A stretch of 61,395 nucleotides of DNA, counting the filler, from Sphacelaria rigidula (lineage: Eukaryota): NCBI GenBank assembly GCA_964200075.2. It is 5 parts of 5 records of this genome, joined end to end, with 100 filler letters (N's around TTAATTAATTAA, not from the genome) between each part and the next. Parts side by side here need not be neighbours in the genome. Positions count along the whole stretch, not along the records: positions 24,600 to 36,798 come from CAXNAA020004012.1; positions 36,899 to 49,097 come from CAXNAA020004013.1; 3 more parts are not named here. One strand, given 5' to 3'. Under the pieces are notes generated by a model that searched no databases, was not told the origin of the DNA, and was given only the letters and a program-made list of their open reading frames with translations. Shown one piece after another: positions 26,090-37,995 of the stretch. Every line of letters starts with the position of its first letter. The stretch's first letter is position 1. The position numbers and the translations under genes were made by a program.

Positions 26090-27190
26090 TTCGACCGTCA
26101 TCTACTCGCCGTGCTCGTCCTTCGGCATATTCCAGAGCGCGCCGTACGCGGGGGTATCGGCTTCAGCCGAAATATTGCCTCAGTCAAGTCTCTACAAACA
26201 GCGCCGACCCCGAACGTCCTTCCGCATGACAACACCGTGCAGGACCTCAAGGTCGCGGGTTAAGGCATGAAATTTCACGACACGGCCAATGATGGCCACA
26301 AGCACACCCTCAACGGCCGGCGTCGCCCCCACGCCCACACGGGTTGCTCGAGCGGAATGTACGTCGGGTCCGATGGTCCGCACGAGAAGAACCACGACGC
26401 TGACTGCAGGCGAACGTACGCTGCGTAGTCTCAATGCCTCGAAATAAGCGGCGTAAATCTTAACCCCCACGAGCAAGACAATTCCTTCTTGACTTTGAAC
26501 GTGCGTACGGTATCAAACATGACGCTAGAAATCTTGACTTACTCTCCACGAGCCATTCACGAGGTACGCAACGAGACAATCAACAGGGAAGCCCTGACGA
26601 GGATCGTACGAAATCGTATGCGCCACAGGAAGGGAGGAGCTGCCACGGTCTGTGCATTTGACATCTGGATCCGCGGCCGGTGCTTTTGCAACTTTCCCTT
26701 GATGCGAGTATTTGACCGCTTTGGGAGAGTTGATGCAGTCTCCTTGCGCGCGGTAGTTGAGCAGTGAAAGGCTTCACAAGGCGCGTTGCAGGGGCGTGGG
26801 GGGGGGTCGGCTCTGGGAGGGACTGTTCTTTGGGCAGGGGCGGTGATGCCATTGAGTGCGCTGCGCTTGCTGTGGGTGGAAAGTAATGTGGGTGATTGCG
26901 GCATGCCTGTGATTGGGTGGACGTTGCGGTTGTCGTTCTCGGTTTGTTGTACTCTTTTGGAAGTACTTTCAGATTTGTCGTGACACTTCAACACGTCTAT
27001 GAACATGCCCATTTCCGTGAGTTTACCAGATTTCGATCTCGATCTCCCATCAGCATTCCTGTATGACCGTCATGTTCCGTGAGTGCCTGGCAAATGAAAG
27101 AAATATGACCACTGATATTTTGCCCGGTCATCACGTAATAATCGTCGGGAACCACCGGCTGTCCTTCGGGAGCACCGTCTGCCACTCGAC
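26090..27190 (-). pseudogene. Frameshifted ORF remnant, possibly retrotransposon gag
   Basis: Chain of minus-strand frames from MADGAPEGQ...; Pro-rich segment; then ...VKIYAAYFEAL..., loosely like the Ty3/gypsy gag V-x-x-Y-x-x-x-F-x-x-L motif; no pol remnant seen. Confidence 0.3.
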
Positions 27191-28229
27191 CCTGGAAGAT
27201 GAAAGTGTATTACGTAGTGATTTTTCATCTGGTAGTTGTCGTACATCATCGGCACTCGTTGGGGAACGCCGTGTCTACTTTAACCACGGAAAATGAGCGA
27301 ATGTGACCCAGTCAGTTACACATGACACTCGTTGTTCACTACCATCAGTTGCTCGCAGAGATCGCTTGTGGTACGACCCTGGCAGATGATCCGGTATGAT
27401 CCAGTGATTACAGAAGATACTCGTTACCCATCACCACCACTTATCCGGGACCATCATTTTTGCACCCCGGCAGATAAAAAAACAAATGAGCAGGAGATCT
27501 TACACAGAATACTCGTCGTTGACCACGGGCACTTGGTGGGGAACATCATCTTTACTCAGACCTTGGGAGGTGAAAATATTCGAGGCGCAGAGTTGAAACG
27601 TGCCATTCGTTGTCCAGCACCAACACTCGTTTGGGGACATCTTCGTTTGTCTGACTTTGGCGGATGAAAAAAACATGAGCAGGTGATCTCACACATGACA
27701 CGGTGACTGTCAAATCGGTTAACCCACGTTACATCGAATGCGTATCTGACGCACTAAAACGAATCCTCTTCTTTTCTTTTTCATTCGGAAGGTGCACATG
27801 ACTATTAATCAGAGAAGAAACTCCTTCTCACTTGTTGACAGGTTGATTGATCCTCGTTTGGTGCTCTCTCGCATGGCTTGATCACCGATATCATGCTGAA
27901 ACGAGCCGTCATATAACACATAACTTGTTTCCATCATATTGATGCCGTAATCCTAAATGTCCATACGTTGTGCCCGTGTAAACACACTCCGCCAAGCACT
28001 TCCCTGTTGCCCACTTGGTCGCTGCATCCCAACCCCACAAGCGGCTATCCCTGCTGGCACCGTTCACTGTGCTTGCGGCGCTGCCTGTGCTGCAGCGTCC
28101 GACTTTATTTACGCCGTGGCTACTCCACTACCGTGGTACAGTGCATGCACACTGCTACTAACATGGCAGTTTCTGTCTACCCTCGTGGCTTCGCAACAGT
28201 GCACGACGTCTGAGCAGCCAGCTGGCAAC

Positions 28230-28478
28230 GCTACGGTAGGGGTGCACTTTTTTCGCCAAATCGTGTCTGGTTCAGTGACTCATAATGATTCAAGATGTAC
28301 AAGAATATGGGTCAGGGCATCCCCGTTTGGAAATTCCGCCGGGATATCCCCCGCACATTGGAATAGTGATCCTGGCGTACTGCCACATATTTCATACATT
28401 GTATTTTCGAAGAGACAAAGGGCTCCTGAAGCTTTTAACCGTAGAAAATGTAGGTGCACCCCTACCGTAGCATCACTC
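28230..28478. mobile_element. MITE, family GCTACGGTAGGGGTGCAC (~250 bp)
   Basis: Perfect 18-bp TIR; left arm matches 10488-10550. Confidence 0.8.
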
Positions 28479-28559
28479 CAGCGGCAATCCAGCTGCTACT
28501 ACTGTATAGTATAGTATTCGTGGACCAGGTACGGTAGCTAAGTTGGTAACCCCCTGCAT

Positions 28560-28894
28560 GTTTGACGCCAGTCTACATACACCTCGCGGTATATGTGGGC
28601 GCATCAGCCGGGGTCACACAAGAGGGAGGCCAACACAGGACCCTTTTCTATTTTCTTTTCGTTTTAGTACTCCTCCTTCCTTCTGCGGTGCTTGCCTTAT
28701 TTTTTAACGCGAGAGTGCTCCAGCGGTCCTTTTCCCTCGTCGATCGTGAACTCGATTTTTCGTGTACCCACGACATGGTCGCTCTCCACTGTTGGGCATG
28801 GATCGAGAAAAAATCCCAGATCGCTCTGAGACTTGAACCCACGACCCAATCGTCAAAATGTTTCGAGGTTACCAACCGAGCCACAGCGACCGGC
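28560..28894 (-). mobile_element. tRNA-derived SINE, near full length
   Basis: Minus-strand head with A box TGGCTCGGTTGG (28872-28883) and B box GGGTTCAAGTCTC (28828-28840); body shared with 39944-40156 and 12888-12975, which end in CA-rich tails. Confidence 0.8.
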
Positions 28895-29380
28895 TACAAT
28901 GTAAATCGAAATGAAAAAAGCCGACCATAAAGAGCAGCTGGTGATTCCCACGCTTGCGCTCGTTTCCGCCAGTGTCGCCCATATGCAGCTCCTCATATGA
29001 GGCGTTGCATGCACAGCCTGAAAAACCAAACATCAGGCACAGTATGACCCCTTTCTTCGTGACATTCTTTTTTCTTTCTTTTGTGGGGGGGGGGAGTATC
29101 GCAGAAAGTGTCAATAACAGACAGGGTGGAACCCCAGGGAGGTATCGGGATATACGAGAGGCTTAATCAAAACAGCACAAGAACCACAGCCCCCTGTTCC
29201 TGGCATCTACCCCGGTGCGACCACGATAATAATCACTATAGAAAAACATGACGGTTTTCGTTTTTCTGACTACTGTACTAAAGTCCAGTTGCTTGGGGGG
29301 TACGACTGGTGGGTTTCAGTTGGTGGGGCCTTGGGATATATACGTATGGTAATCCTATCTCTTCTTGCGACCAGCGTTCT

Positions 29381-29750
29381 GTTCAACATACCCGTTGTGT
29401 GTCGGGGTACAGTCCTTGTGTATGCGACATACATCATGGTGGTACAAGTCTCGGATTAGGCTACTCCTACAGTACTGCACGGTGACGTCCTGCCTGTTTG
29501 CTGCTGGGTGCACGCCGGGTGGGGCGCCGGCACCTTTCGGGCCGAGACGTGCTATTGCCGTTCTGCAGTTTTGAATCGGCGTTGTGTTCAACGCACCTCT
29601 TGTGCATTGAGGGATATACCTTGCGTATGCGACATAAAACCTGGCGGTACAAGTCGCGTATGAGGCTACTAATGCAGTTCTGCACGGTGGCGTGCTGCCT
29701 GCTCGCGGGGTACACGGCCGGGCGGGTCGCCGGAGCCTTGCGGGCCTACC
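29381..29750 (-). repeat. Diverged tandem duplication (~205-bp period, 2 copies) with coding-like divergence
   Basis: Both copies translate on the minus strand to RQxxTVQxCxSSLIRDLYxxxxCRIxK. Confidence 0.75.
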
Positions 29751-30549
29751 CGTGCTACTCAAATTCTGTAGCACAGCTGTAGATTGTGTGCTACCAGGAT
29801 ATCTTCCTGGATGGCCCTGCCTCTAAACTGTCTACAGTGGGTCTGACTCATATGACTGCTATTGTGACATGTTTCCCTCGATGGCCACACTCGACGATAG
29901 GTGGGTCGGCGCTTGCTCCAGCCGAGCCACTTCGCTTGGATATTGTCACCTTACAACCAGCACCATCTTCCGTGCCTGGAACGCTGAATATAGTTCATTA
30001 TCTTCCGTTTGCATCACAATGTATGATCATGTTCTAATTGACACTAGTACTCTGTACACAGTATAATAAGAGCGTCAAAAAGCTAAAGGCGCCTCCATGA
30101 TAGCGATCGTAGAAAGTGTCAAAAACAGTAAAAAAAATTCAAGAATTAAAAAAACCTCGTTGATTGAAACTTGCGTAATGATTCATAGCATATATGTGCA
30201 AATTTTCAGGGTCTAACTCCCAATAAATGTGAAGATTCGCGCGTTTGTACGAGGATGTGAGCTTCAAACGCGCAAACTCCTCACAACTTGGTTTTTGAGT
30301 ATGAACACATCTTTTAGGGTGAATTTTACGTCAAGGCAGGAAAAACTGTGTGATATTTTCGAATTTCCCCACCAAAAAATGTACATGTGTTCCTTGGACC
30401 ATCCTGGGACGCATCATGTCATTATTTTCTCTTTTGAGTCATCCTCAATCAAAAGCACCATCCTCAACATAGATGATTGGCTGTTATGAATGGAAATGAT
30501 TAGAATACGTCAAACTCCACATCACCGAAACATTACGGTTTCGGGTATC

Positions 30550-30924
30550 AGGCCGTTTCTTCCGGTTCGTATTTTGTTTGGCTCGTATTTCCCACTTTTT
30601 GGACATTTGAAGAGGTTTTTGACCTCCAAACAGGGAAAATCGCCACCACACGTCTTGGACACTTTGTATCACCCCACCGAGAGGAGCCTAGCCCACTTTT
30701 CCGGTTCGCTTGGGTCAGAGATTTCGAGAGCGGTCTCTGGACAAAAATACGAGAAAAACATATATTATTGCTCAGTCTGCAGGTATTTTCCTCTCGGTGG
30801 GGTGATACAAAGTGTCCAAGACGTGTGGTGGCGATTTTCCCTGTTTGGGGGTCAAAAACCTCTTCAAATGTCCTAAAAGTGGAAAATACGAGCCAAACAG
30901 AATACGAACCGGAAGAAGCGGCCT
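30550..30924. mobile_element. Foldback MITE with ~135-bp near-perfect arms and ~100-bp spacer
   Basis: 30550-30685 is the reverse complement of 30789-30924 with few mismatches. Confidence 0.9.
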
Positions 30925-31011
30925 AATTCGACCCCGTTGGAACCGTTTTCAAATCCGTTTCTACCGTTAGATTCTTGAGGTGATGGCGGTCACTACGATT
31001 TGAAGCATGTG

Positions 31012-31327
31012 AGGGGCCTTCTTAACGAGGGGGATTATCCCCCTTTTCACAATCCCGCTTTGACAGGGGATTGGCTTCATAACAACCAGTCCCCAGCCCT
31101 ATCGACAACCAGTTCTGTACAGGTTGGAAATGTTCCCCTTCGAGGTGTCCAGAAATCCCCTTTTGAAGGGGGGTTTCAGCAAGTGTTTTTACACTTCCTG
31201 AACTCCCCTCTGTGCACGATGAGGGGATTTTTTGGAGGGGGTGGTATCATAGCGAACAATCACTGGTCGTTTTTGAAAAAGTGAATTTTGAAAAAGGGGA
31301 TTATTCCCTTCGTTAAGAAGGGCCCTT
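31012..31327. mobile_element. MITE (~315 bp)
   Basis: ~45-bp TIR GGG.CCTTCTTAACGA.GGG.AT.ATCCCC.TTTTCA.AAT and its reverse complement. Confidence 0.75.
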
Positions 31328-31422
31328 ATAGACCGTGAGATTAGTCTTGGTGGATCATGCATAATTTTCTTCACTTGAAATTGATGACGATTCAACAGAA
31401 GACTAACCTCTCGGTCTAAGGG
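31326..31422. mobile_element. Decayed ~100-bp piggyBac-like MITE (GACCGCGAG family)
   Basis: TAGACCGTGAG...AATTGATGACGATTCA.CAG..GAC...CCTC.CGGTCTAAGGG|TCAA, similar to 34596-34695. Confidence 0.55.
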
Positions 31423-32472
31423 TCAATCAAGAAGGGCCCTGAAGATGTTGTGAAGATGCGTAGGAAATTGGGCTTGGAGTTCGTATTTTCAATTTCGGAA
31501 CAGTTTGAAAGGCGCTGATTGGTCGAGACATATTTTTGTCCATAGCGCCACCGCTACAGCCTTGAAAACAAACCCGGCTATGTCACCCTCTTCGTCTGTT
31601 GATTGCGATCAGTATGACACCATGCATGCGACTATTGGGTGCGTATTGCAGAAGCTGATGGAAGAATTCGAGGGGGTTTCCGTGAACCAGCCTGTAGCAG
31701 CTAGAGCCATTTATACTCTTCGTTTCCGGTGCATTTCATTGTTTTTCAGCCAAGCCACACAAGAACTGTTGTCTACTATTTCACACCAACCCCCCACCCA
31801 CGAAACAAATCAAGGAATTTCAATCATGTATATTTTTAGCCCAATGCTGGTACAGCCACAATACAATAAACTCTACTGAATTGATGCAACCGTCGCGTTT
31901 TGTGACTGCTGCCGTTGTGCGGGCCAACTCAGTGATACCGGGCTAATTTGGAGGAAGGAAATATGTACCATCGCTGAGATTTGTGTCTCTTGAGACACGT
32001 TGTTTGCGCTGCTTGACGATTTTGCTGAGTAACGCGGTACTACTGTACTGTACTTTTCTGCACATCATTGATTGCGCAGCTGGCTCTCTTCGGTTCTTAA
32101 ATCAACCATTCTTATCCGACCATACTGAATCCATTATTCCTGCTTCGGCGTAGTCCGATCCTTCACGCCCGGGATGTCGTGGGAAAATTCGCCATGCTTC
32201 GAGAATTTTATTATGGTCATGATTCTGTCCTCTCTACTTTGTGATTCTCCGATTCTCCAGCGGCAGCAGCCTCTCGCATCACTTGTAGGTTCTTCAAGTT
32301 GCTGAACGTTCGTTGCATACGCGCCGCTCACCTACCTGCCGCGTGCACCGTATACTCTTCATTCAATCTCTAGGACTACTCCAGTAAACTGCTGAAACTC
32401 ATCACAAGGACAGCTGTGGGCGTCGATCAGGTGCAACATATATCTACAGTGTTGCGCAGAAACTGAGAGGAT

Positions 32473-32661
32473 ATGAGGTCGCTTGCGGGCGCAGCTGTAG
32501 CAGCAGCAGCGACTGCCGCTCTGTCTTCTTGTGTATCAGAGGCGGTCATTGTTGATGCCGGGACGGTAACAACCGTAACTGTGGACGCACCGCTGTATGA
32601 CACCAACCTCGCCGCTGCCGGTGGCTGTGACCCTGAAGGGTGTGTGGGTGACCTGACCAGG
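32473..32661 (+). CDS. Secreted protein with tandem galactose-binding/discoidin (F5/8C, CBM32)-like modules, exon 1
   Basis: ATG plus signal-peptide-like MRSLAGAAVAAAATAALSSCVSEA; ends GCDPEGCVGDLTR; AGG|GTGAGT donor, phase 0. Confidence 0.85.
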
Positions 32662-33533
32662 GTGAGTAAGGGGGTTGGCGGGGTGTAAAGATGTTCCAAA
32701 TGCGAAGCATGAAGGATGGATGTTCAGGAACACCAAGTTTGTGAGCGAAAATTCACGTATGGTGGCGCGCTGCCCGGGGTGCTGACGTTTAGTGAGGGGA
32801 ATCGTCGCTGCGCTGCACGCCTTGGCTTGATAACACGAACCTTACGTGATCGTTCGTTTTTGCAGTGTCTAGAGTACCACAGGTTTGTCGTTTAACGTTG
32901 CTGCTCAAACGCCGTACACCTGCACTTCTATCCTACAGTCAGCACCACAGCACCACAATCCCGTCTCTGTTCATACGTACCACTTCCTTGAATAATTGGG
33001 AACACCCCGTCAAACACCGAAATGATTCTCCGACGCGTGGGATGGACGTTTTCCTCTTTCAAGTATATCATTTATACCGTAGTCAATAGTCCGTATCAAC
33101 TAAATTATGCTTGGTTGAAATCGACTTCATGAGATATTCCTTGGTCATCAAGAGTTGTCATGGCAAATATTTGATGGAAAATTTTGAGGGGCGAGAGAGA
33201 GATTAGTCGAGTCGAAATTCGGAAAGGGAATCAACCGTCTTTCCCCACCATCAGGCGGGGTCTTATCAGAAGAGATTACAGTACAGAAATTGACTGATGT
33301 TGACTTCATACGTGTTGTATCTGAAAACTCAACTCGCTGATGCGTGCGAGTATGCCTGCCAGATGTTCGTGGTACGTAGATGTCTAGAAGTGGAAAAAGG
33401 CAGGATACCCCTCCCCTCCCCCCTCTTCCGATCGTCTGCTGCCCCTCCCCGTATTTCCTCATCCGTAATTCAATAACGCTTTGTTCAATATTCCACGTTT
33501 CAATATTCACGATGAAACAAAACGGTATTGCAG

Positions 33534-33657
33534 GACGGCGACTCGACGAACCTCCAATCTCGCTGGTCGTGCAAAGCCGACCTGGGTTCCCCCGGATCGA
33601 CATGCTCCATCACCTACACATTTGCCGACCCGCTCACCATTGAGGGGCTCAAGATAG
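33534..33657 (+). CDS. Same gene, exon 2
   Basis: TTGCAG acceptor; DGDSTNLQSRWSC...CSITYTF (DG...SRW motif of F5/8C-like domains); G|GTAAAG donor, phase 1. Confidence 0.88.
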
Positions 33658-34489
33658 GTAAAGATACTGACGTTGTTCATGTCGGGGTGTGTTTCCACCC
33701 ACCATTATTTTCAGAAGCTCTGTTTTCGATACTGGTGCGTTTTGACGAGGCCGACTACTTGCTTGTTGGTCCTTGCTTCGACTAGTTGGAGATGCAAAAA
33801 GTCTTCAATTTTGCGTAGTTGTACTACTGTAGTATGTATAGACAACAAACGTGTTGAATATCTGGAGTAGTAAGTGTCAGTTGGTACGAGAAATTACATG
33901 GGCAGCAACCAGACCCCGCGAACAATTGTACGAAAGGGGGTGATTCGGTATGAACAATAGTTCGAAACCTTAGATTGGGGTCACTTGACAACACCATGTC
34001 TTATACAACAGGCGAGTTATTTTTCATGGGCGGTAACCAAGTTTTTGTGGAACGTTCGTTTGATGGCTGTACTCTGCTAGCTGCTGAACCCAACTGAGCG
34101 CTGAACCACATATAACATTGTTTTCGTGAGATTGAGAGTAGAGGATACGATTGAGAGTGAAAAGCGGTCGGTAGGTGAATGAATCGTTTCAGTTTCCGAA
34201 ATGTCCCTTCACGAGGCCCGATATGCTTTCTGTAGTAGCTTGCCACTGAGGCCCTTGATATCCCTGAGTAGGATATCGACGTGTAGCTGAAAGCACACGC
34301 TAGTGATAACGGCAAAAAAAAGCACACGTGGAATAAAAAAATGGCCGAATTAAAGCGAATGACCAGAGCCACTCTCAGTCGGCGCTCTACTCTCAATCAC
34401 TTGAAAACGTTGTTATATTTGATCCTGCGCTAAACCTAAGCCCAGCTGAATCAAGTGTTCGGAGTAGTATGCATCGTACGCTAGCTCAA

Positions 34490-34695
34490 ACCTTTGACCG
34501 CGAGGGTAGGTCACCTGCCGAATCGGCATCAACATTCACTTGCAAACAGAATGTGTGCTCCAGATTAACTACCCGCATCGCGGTCCAAGGGTTAACCCTC
34601 AGACTGCAAGGAGGGTAGTCCATCTGGATCGCGCATACTTTTTCAAGTGGAATTGATGCCGATTCAGCAGGTGACCTACCCTCGCGGTCTAAGGA
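34490..34695. mobile_element. Inverted dimer of two ~100-bp piggyBac-like MITEs in an intron
   Basis: Copy 34490-34591, shared TTAA 34592-34595, inverted copy 34596-34695, TTAA 34696-34699; each copy has TIRs CC(C)TT.GACCGCGA. Confidence 0.8.
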
Positions 34696-35477
34696 TTAAC
34701 GTTGTCGAGATATGGGAGACAAGCTTGACGACGACATGGTCTCCGCACGCGTCAAGTCGGCTCTACATCCACGTCCTACATAGAATACTCTGATTGTGTT
34801 TGTTTCCATTCTCAACTTATTTGTTTCATGGTGGCTTTTCCACCGCATACGTTGGCCATCACTGGCCGTCGATCCCGTATACGCACCGAGTGGCGCACTT
34901 CTCCCGCCCGTCTCAGGCCGTGTTTTAACGAGACGAGAAAAGTGGGAACACGCCGTGTGAGAGTGAGAGTGGTTCTGACGGGGGGGGGGGGGTTCTCGTG
35001 TCCTTCCGATTGGTTGAGAGCTAATGGGCAACAAATTGGAAGGACAAAAGAGAACAGAATTACGAAGAATCACTCCAACTCTCACAGCGCGTTCTCACTC
35101 TCTATGTCTCGTGAAAACAGGCCCTCGTGCAACGAGTGTTTGAAAAACAGAAGCAATAAAACGTGAATGGAAACAAGGCTGCGCTCAACAACCAGCATGC
35201 AGCAATCGCCAAGGAGCTTAATGCAGGCATTAATCATCATGATCATTACTGTCCATCATGTTGATGTCCCAACAACAAATAACCCAATGGTTTGTGATGC
35301 ATTCAGCTTTGCGGAGAGCACGCCCTCAACGTTGCTGGAGTATCGCTACTTTGTTGCGTTAATTTATCAATTCTACATCGTAATTGCTGGTTTTCAGCTC
35401 AGCTGTAGGCATTGAAGTAAAACATTTTGTCCACCCATCCTCCTCACGGTATTCCCTGAACGATTACGCCCTCGCAG

Positions 35478-35659
35478 CACTGTACGAGGGCGAACTGAGA
35501 AAGAGATCCCTGGAGATCTACATCGACGGCGTGATAACCGCAGCATGGACCAGCACGGGCACCACGAGCGACTTCGAAACCCTGGAATTCCGTGGTACTG
35601 GTTCGACCATCGAGCTTCTGGGGCTACAAGAGGCCACCGAATGGCTCAGCATCACGGAG
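35478..35659 (+). CDS. Same gene, exon 3
   Basis: CGCAG acceptor completes Ala (phase 1); ALYEGELRKRSLEIYIDG...SDFETL...EWLSITE; GAG|GTAGCG donor, phase 0. Confidence 0.88.
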
Positions 35660-36430
35660 GTAGCGATTTGACGACTGCGTTTGATCGTCGGGGATCTCCT
35701 AGTAATCTGCGACAAATGGACAAGTATTTTTCTTGGTCAGTTTTATTCTTTGTTCCGTCTTTCCTGCCCTCTTTGTTTTCTCCCTCTTTTCTCGAGTCTC
35801 CTGTAGCGAACGTTTCCGTTTTTTTATCCAACTTGAGTACGTTTATCTTATGACCATGGCTGGAAGCCGGGAGGAATTGGGGCGATAATCAATTTATCAG
35901 GGTAGTATAGTGACTGTTGGAACTACCGAGTGCTCTGGGCAACCAGATTAACGAATCCTCAAAATATGAAAAACCGAGTATTTACGGGTAACCGGAATCT
36001 GAACGCCTTAAAATACCCGCCCCCGTACCCTTCCACACCCTGTGCAGCTTTGCTCTACTTACCTACCTACTATCTACTTTGTATGCCCCTGTGAGGTCTA
36101 ATCAACCGGCACTTTTTCAGAATTTATTTACGTCTCCCCAAACATGTGGGTTTTTCCGAATTTTCGGATAATTCTGTACTTAGTCATGAATTGATCGATT
36201 GCCTGACCTAGTTACAAGAATCTGCTCGCACATTTTTCGGGGAGTTTTTTTTTCCCTGAAAACTTGGGAGATTTCGGGGGGGGAGGGGGGAAGCAGATGC
36301 GTTAATAAGACTCCTAAGCGCTGAACACGCCTTCTACCAACTCATGTCCCCGCGTCTCTATCCATGCACCCGCACGTACCGCCTCAACCTTGCTGGTTGG
36401 GTGAACTTGCAATGCTTTGCTCGCGATCAG

Positions 36431-36580
36431 GTTGAGATTCTGGTGGATAATGGTGTTGTGCCCGACGTGGTCGAGGCCGGCATCCTGGGAACCGTTACTA
36501 CTGCGGCAGCGGTGTTCGACCCGAACCTCTCGTCTGCCAACGGGTGTGACCCTGCCGGATGCGTGGCTTCTCTCACTAGG
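36431..36580 (+). CDS. Same gene, exon 4 (start of second module; gene runs off the contig)
   Basis: ATCAG acceptor; VEILV...GTVTTAAAVFDPNLSSANGCDPAGCVASLTR, paralogous to exon 1; AGG|GTAATT donor, phase 0. Confidence 0.88.
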
Positions 36581-36798
36581 GTAATTATTGAGTAGTAAGT
36601 TATGTTCATACCTTAGTAATAAAGTATATCCCGTACGGGCAAAACAAATAGGTGATAACCTGTGTGTAATATTTTTCTAGGTCCGCGCGAGGAAGGACCC
36701 GTCCTTTTTTTTTTTTTTTTTTTATTGTATGTAGTATGCCTTCCTAATACTTACCTGTTTGGCGTTGTATAGGTTGTCAGTGTAGATCGTGTTCCGCT

Positions 36799-36898
36799 NN
36801 NNNNNNNNNNNNNNNNNNNNNNNNNNNNNNNNNNNNNNNNNNTTAATTAATTAANNNNNNNNNNNNNNNNNNNNNNNNNNNNNNNNNNNNNNNNNNNN
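36799..36898. other. Artificial contig linker 3
   Basis: N44-TTAATTAATTAA-N44. Confidence 0.98.
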
Positions 36899-37037
36899 GT
36901 TCGGGCCGAAGCCTACTGATTATCTTGCATATGGATGACAGTCAACAATGAGGTGCTTCATTTTCTGGTATCGCCACTTCCAGAGACAGTCACGGCTTTT
37001 ACACTGCCTCACGGGTGTCTGACCAGTGGGGGGGGGG
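36899..37037 (+). mobile_element. Fragment of the ~500-bp dispersed repeat family at contig start
   Basis: TATCTTGCATATGGATGACAG...TTCTGGTATCGCCACTTCCAGAGACAG matches 21190-21310 and 47310-47460. Confidence 0.8.
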
Positions 37038-37532
37038 CTTCCAGTAAAGAATACAGTACGAACGAATGCAGCTTTGACTGGGCCCACATGTGATACTGCA
37101 GCAGCAGTAACAGCAGCCTGAAGATTGAATATCGGCCTCGATTGTTGATCGGCAGTGTATAACTTCAAGAGTCAGCTTCTAATGGGGGTTTCCTCCCTAC
37201 ATCTGCGATGATTGATAGTTCATGTGACCTTTTTCCATGTATTCGTGTTACTTGGACCCCTGGGGGGTCAGATCAAGTGCGACAATCGAATCAATGCTAA
37301 TAAGAACGCCAGAAACGATGCACAAGAATGGAGAGATATTAAATAGCGCAAATACTGGAAGTACAGTATATTAATGTTGACCGCGGTATAGCTACCAAAG
37401 CCAATGGTAATGAGAACAACAGAAGTGCTGATGATGATACCAATAGTCAGCACAATAATTCTAAAACCAATTCTAAAAGGCTTGAAATCCTACTGCAACT
37501 TCCAAGGCCTAGAGCTTGCTCACCAAATATTC

Positions 37533-37995
37533 CGAGGGCAGGTCGGGTGGGGTATATGTTTCTGAATACTCCGGCAAACTATCCGGGCATTTACGCTACC
37601 CAACGTTTGGGTAGATTGAGTACGGCCTCAAATACTCTACCCAATTTCGGGGTAGATTGGGTACCACCTCAGATGCTCGACCCAAATTTTGTGTAGATCG
37701 GGTACGGCCTCAAATACTCTACCCAAATACTGCGTAAGCAGGCTCAGCAATACTTGGATGTAGAGCAACACTTGCGTATGGTCTCAATACTTTACCCAAA
37801 TTCTGAGTAGATTGGGCAAGTGCTCTACTCAAATTGTGGGTAGATCGGAGACGACCTCACATACTCTGCCCAGGAGTCGGGTAAGCACTCTCAGCAGTAC
37901 CTGGGTATAGAGTATCACTTGGGTATGACCTCAAATGCTCTACCCAAAATTTGGGTAAGAAGGGTTTCAATACGTCACCCAATCATTGGGTATGG
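37533..37995. mobile_element. Non-autonomous element with 41-bp TACCCA-N5-TGGGTA array (partial copy)
   Basis: Starts CGAGGGCAGGTCGGGTGGGGTATA, like 38633; followed by decayed 41-bp units. Confidence 0.75.

Noticed and set aside
27260..27735. LTR upstream of the gag-like remnant (TGTAAC start on the minus strand)
   Set aside because: No second LTR and no convincing primer-binding site in this contig.
28820..28894. tRNA gene (also 15686-15750 and ~42020-42075)
   Set aside because: Only A/B boxes remain, acceptor and anticodon stems do not pair, and the head is fused to a dispersed repeat body.
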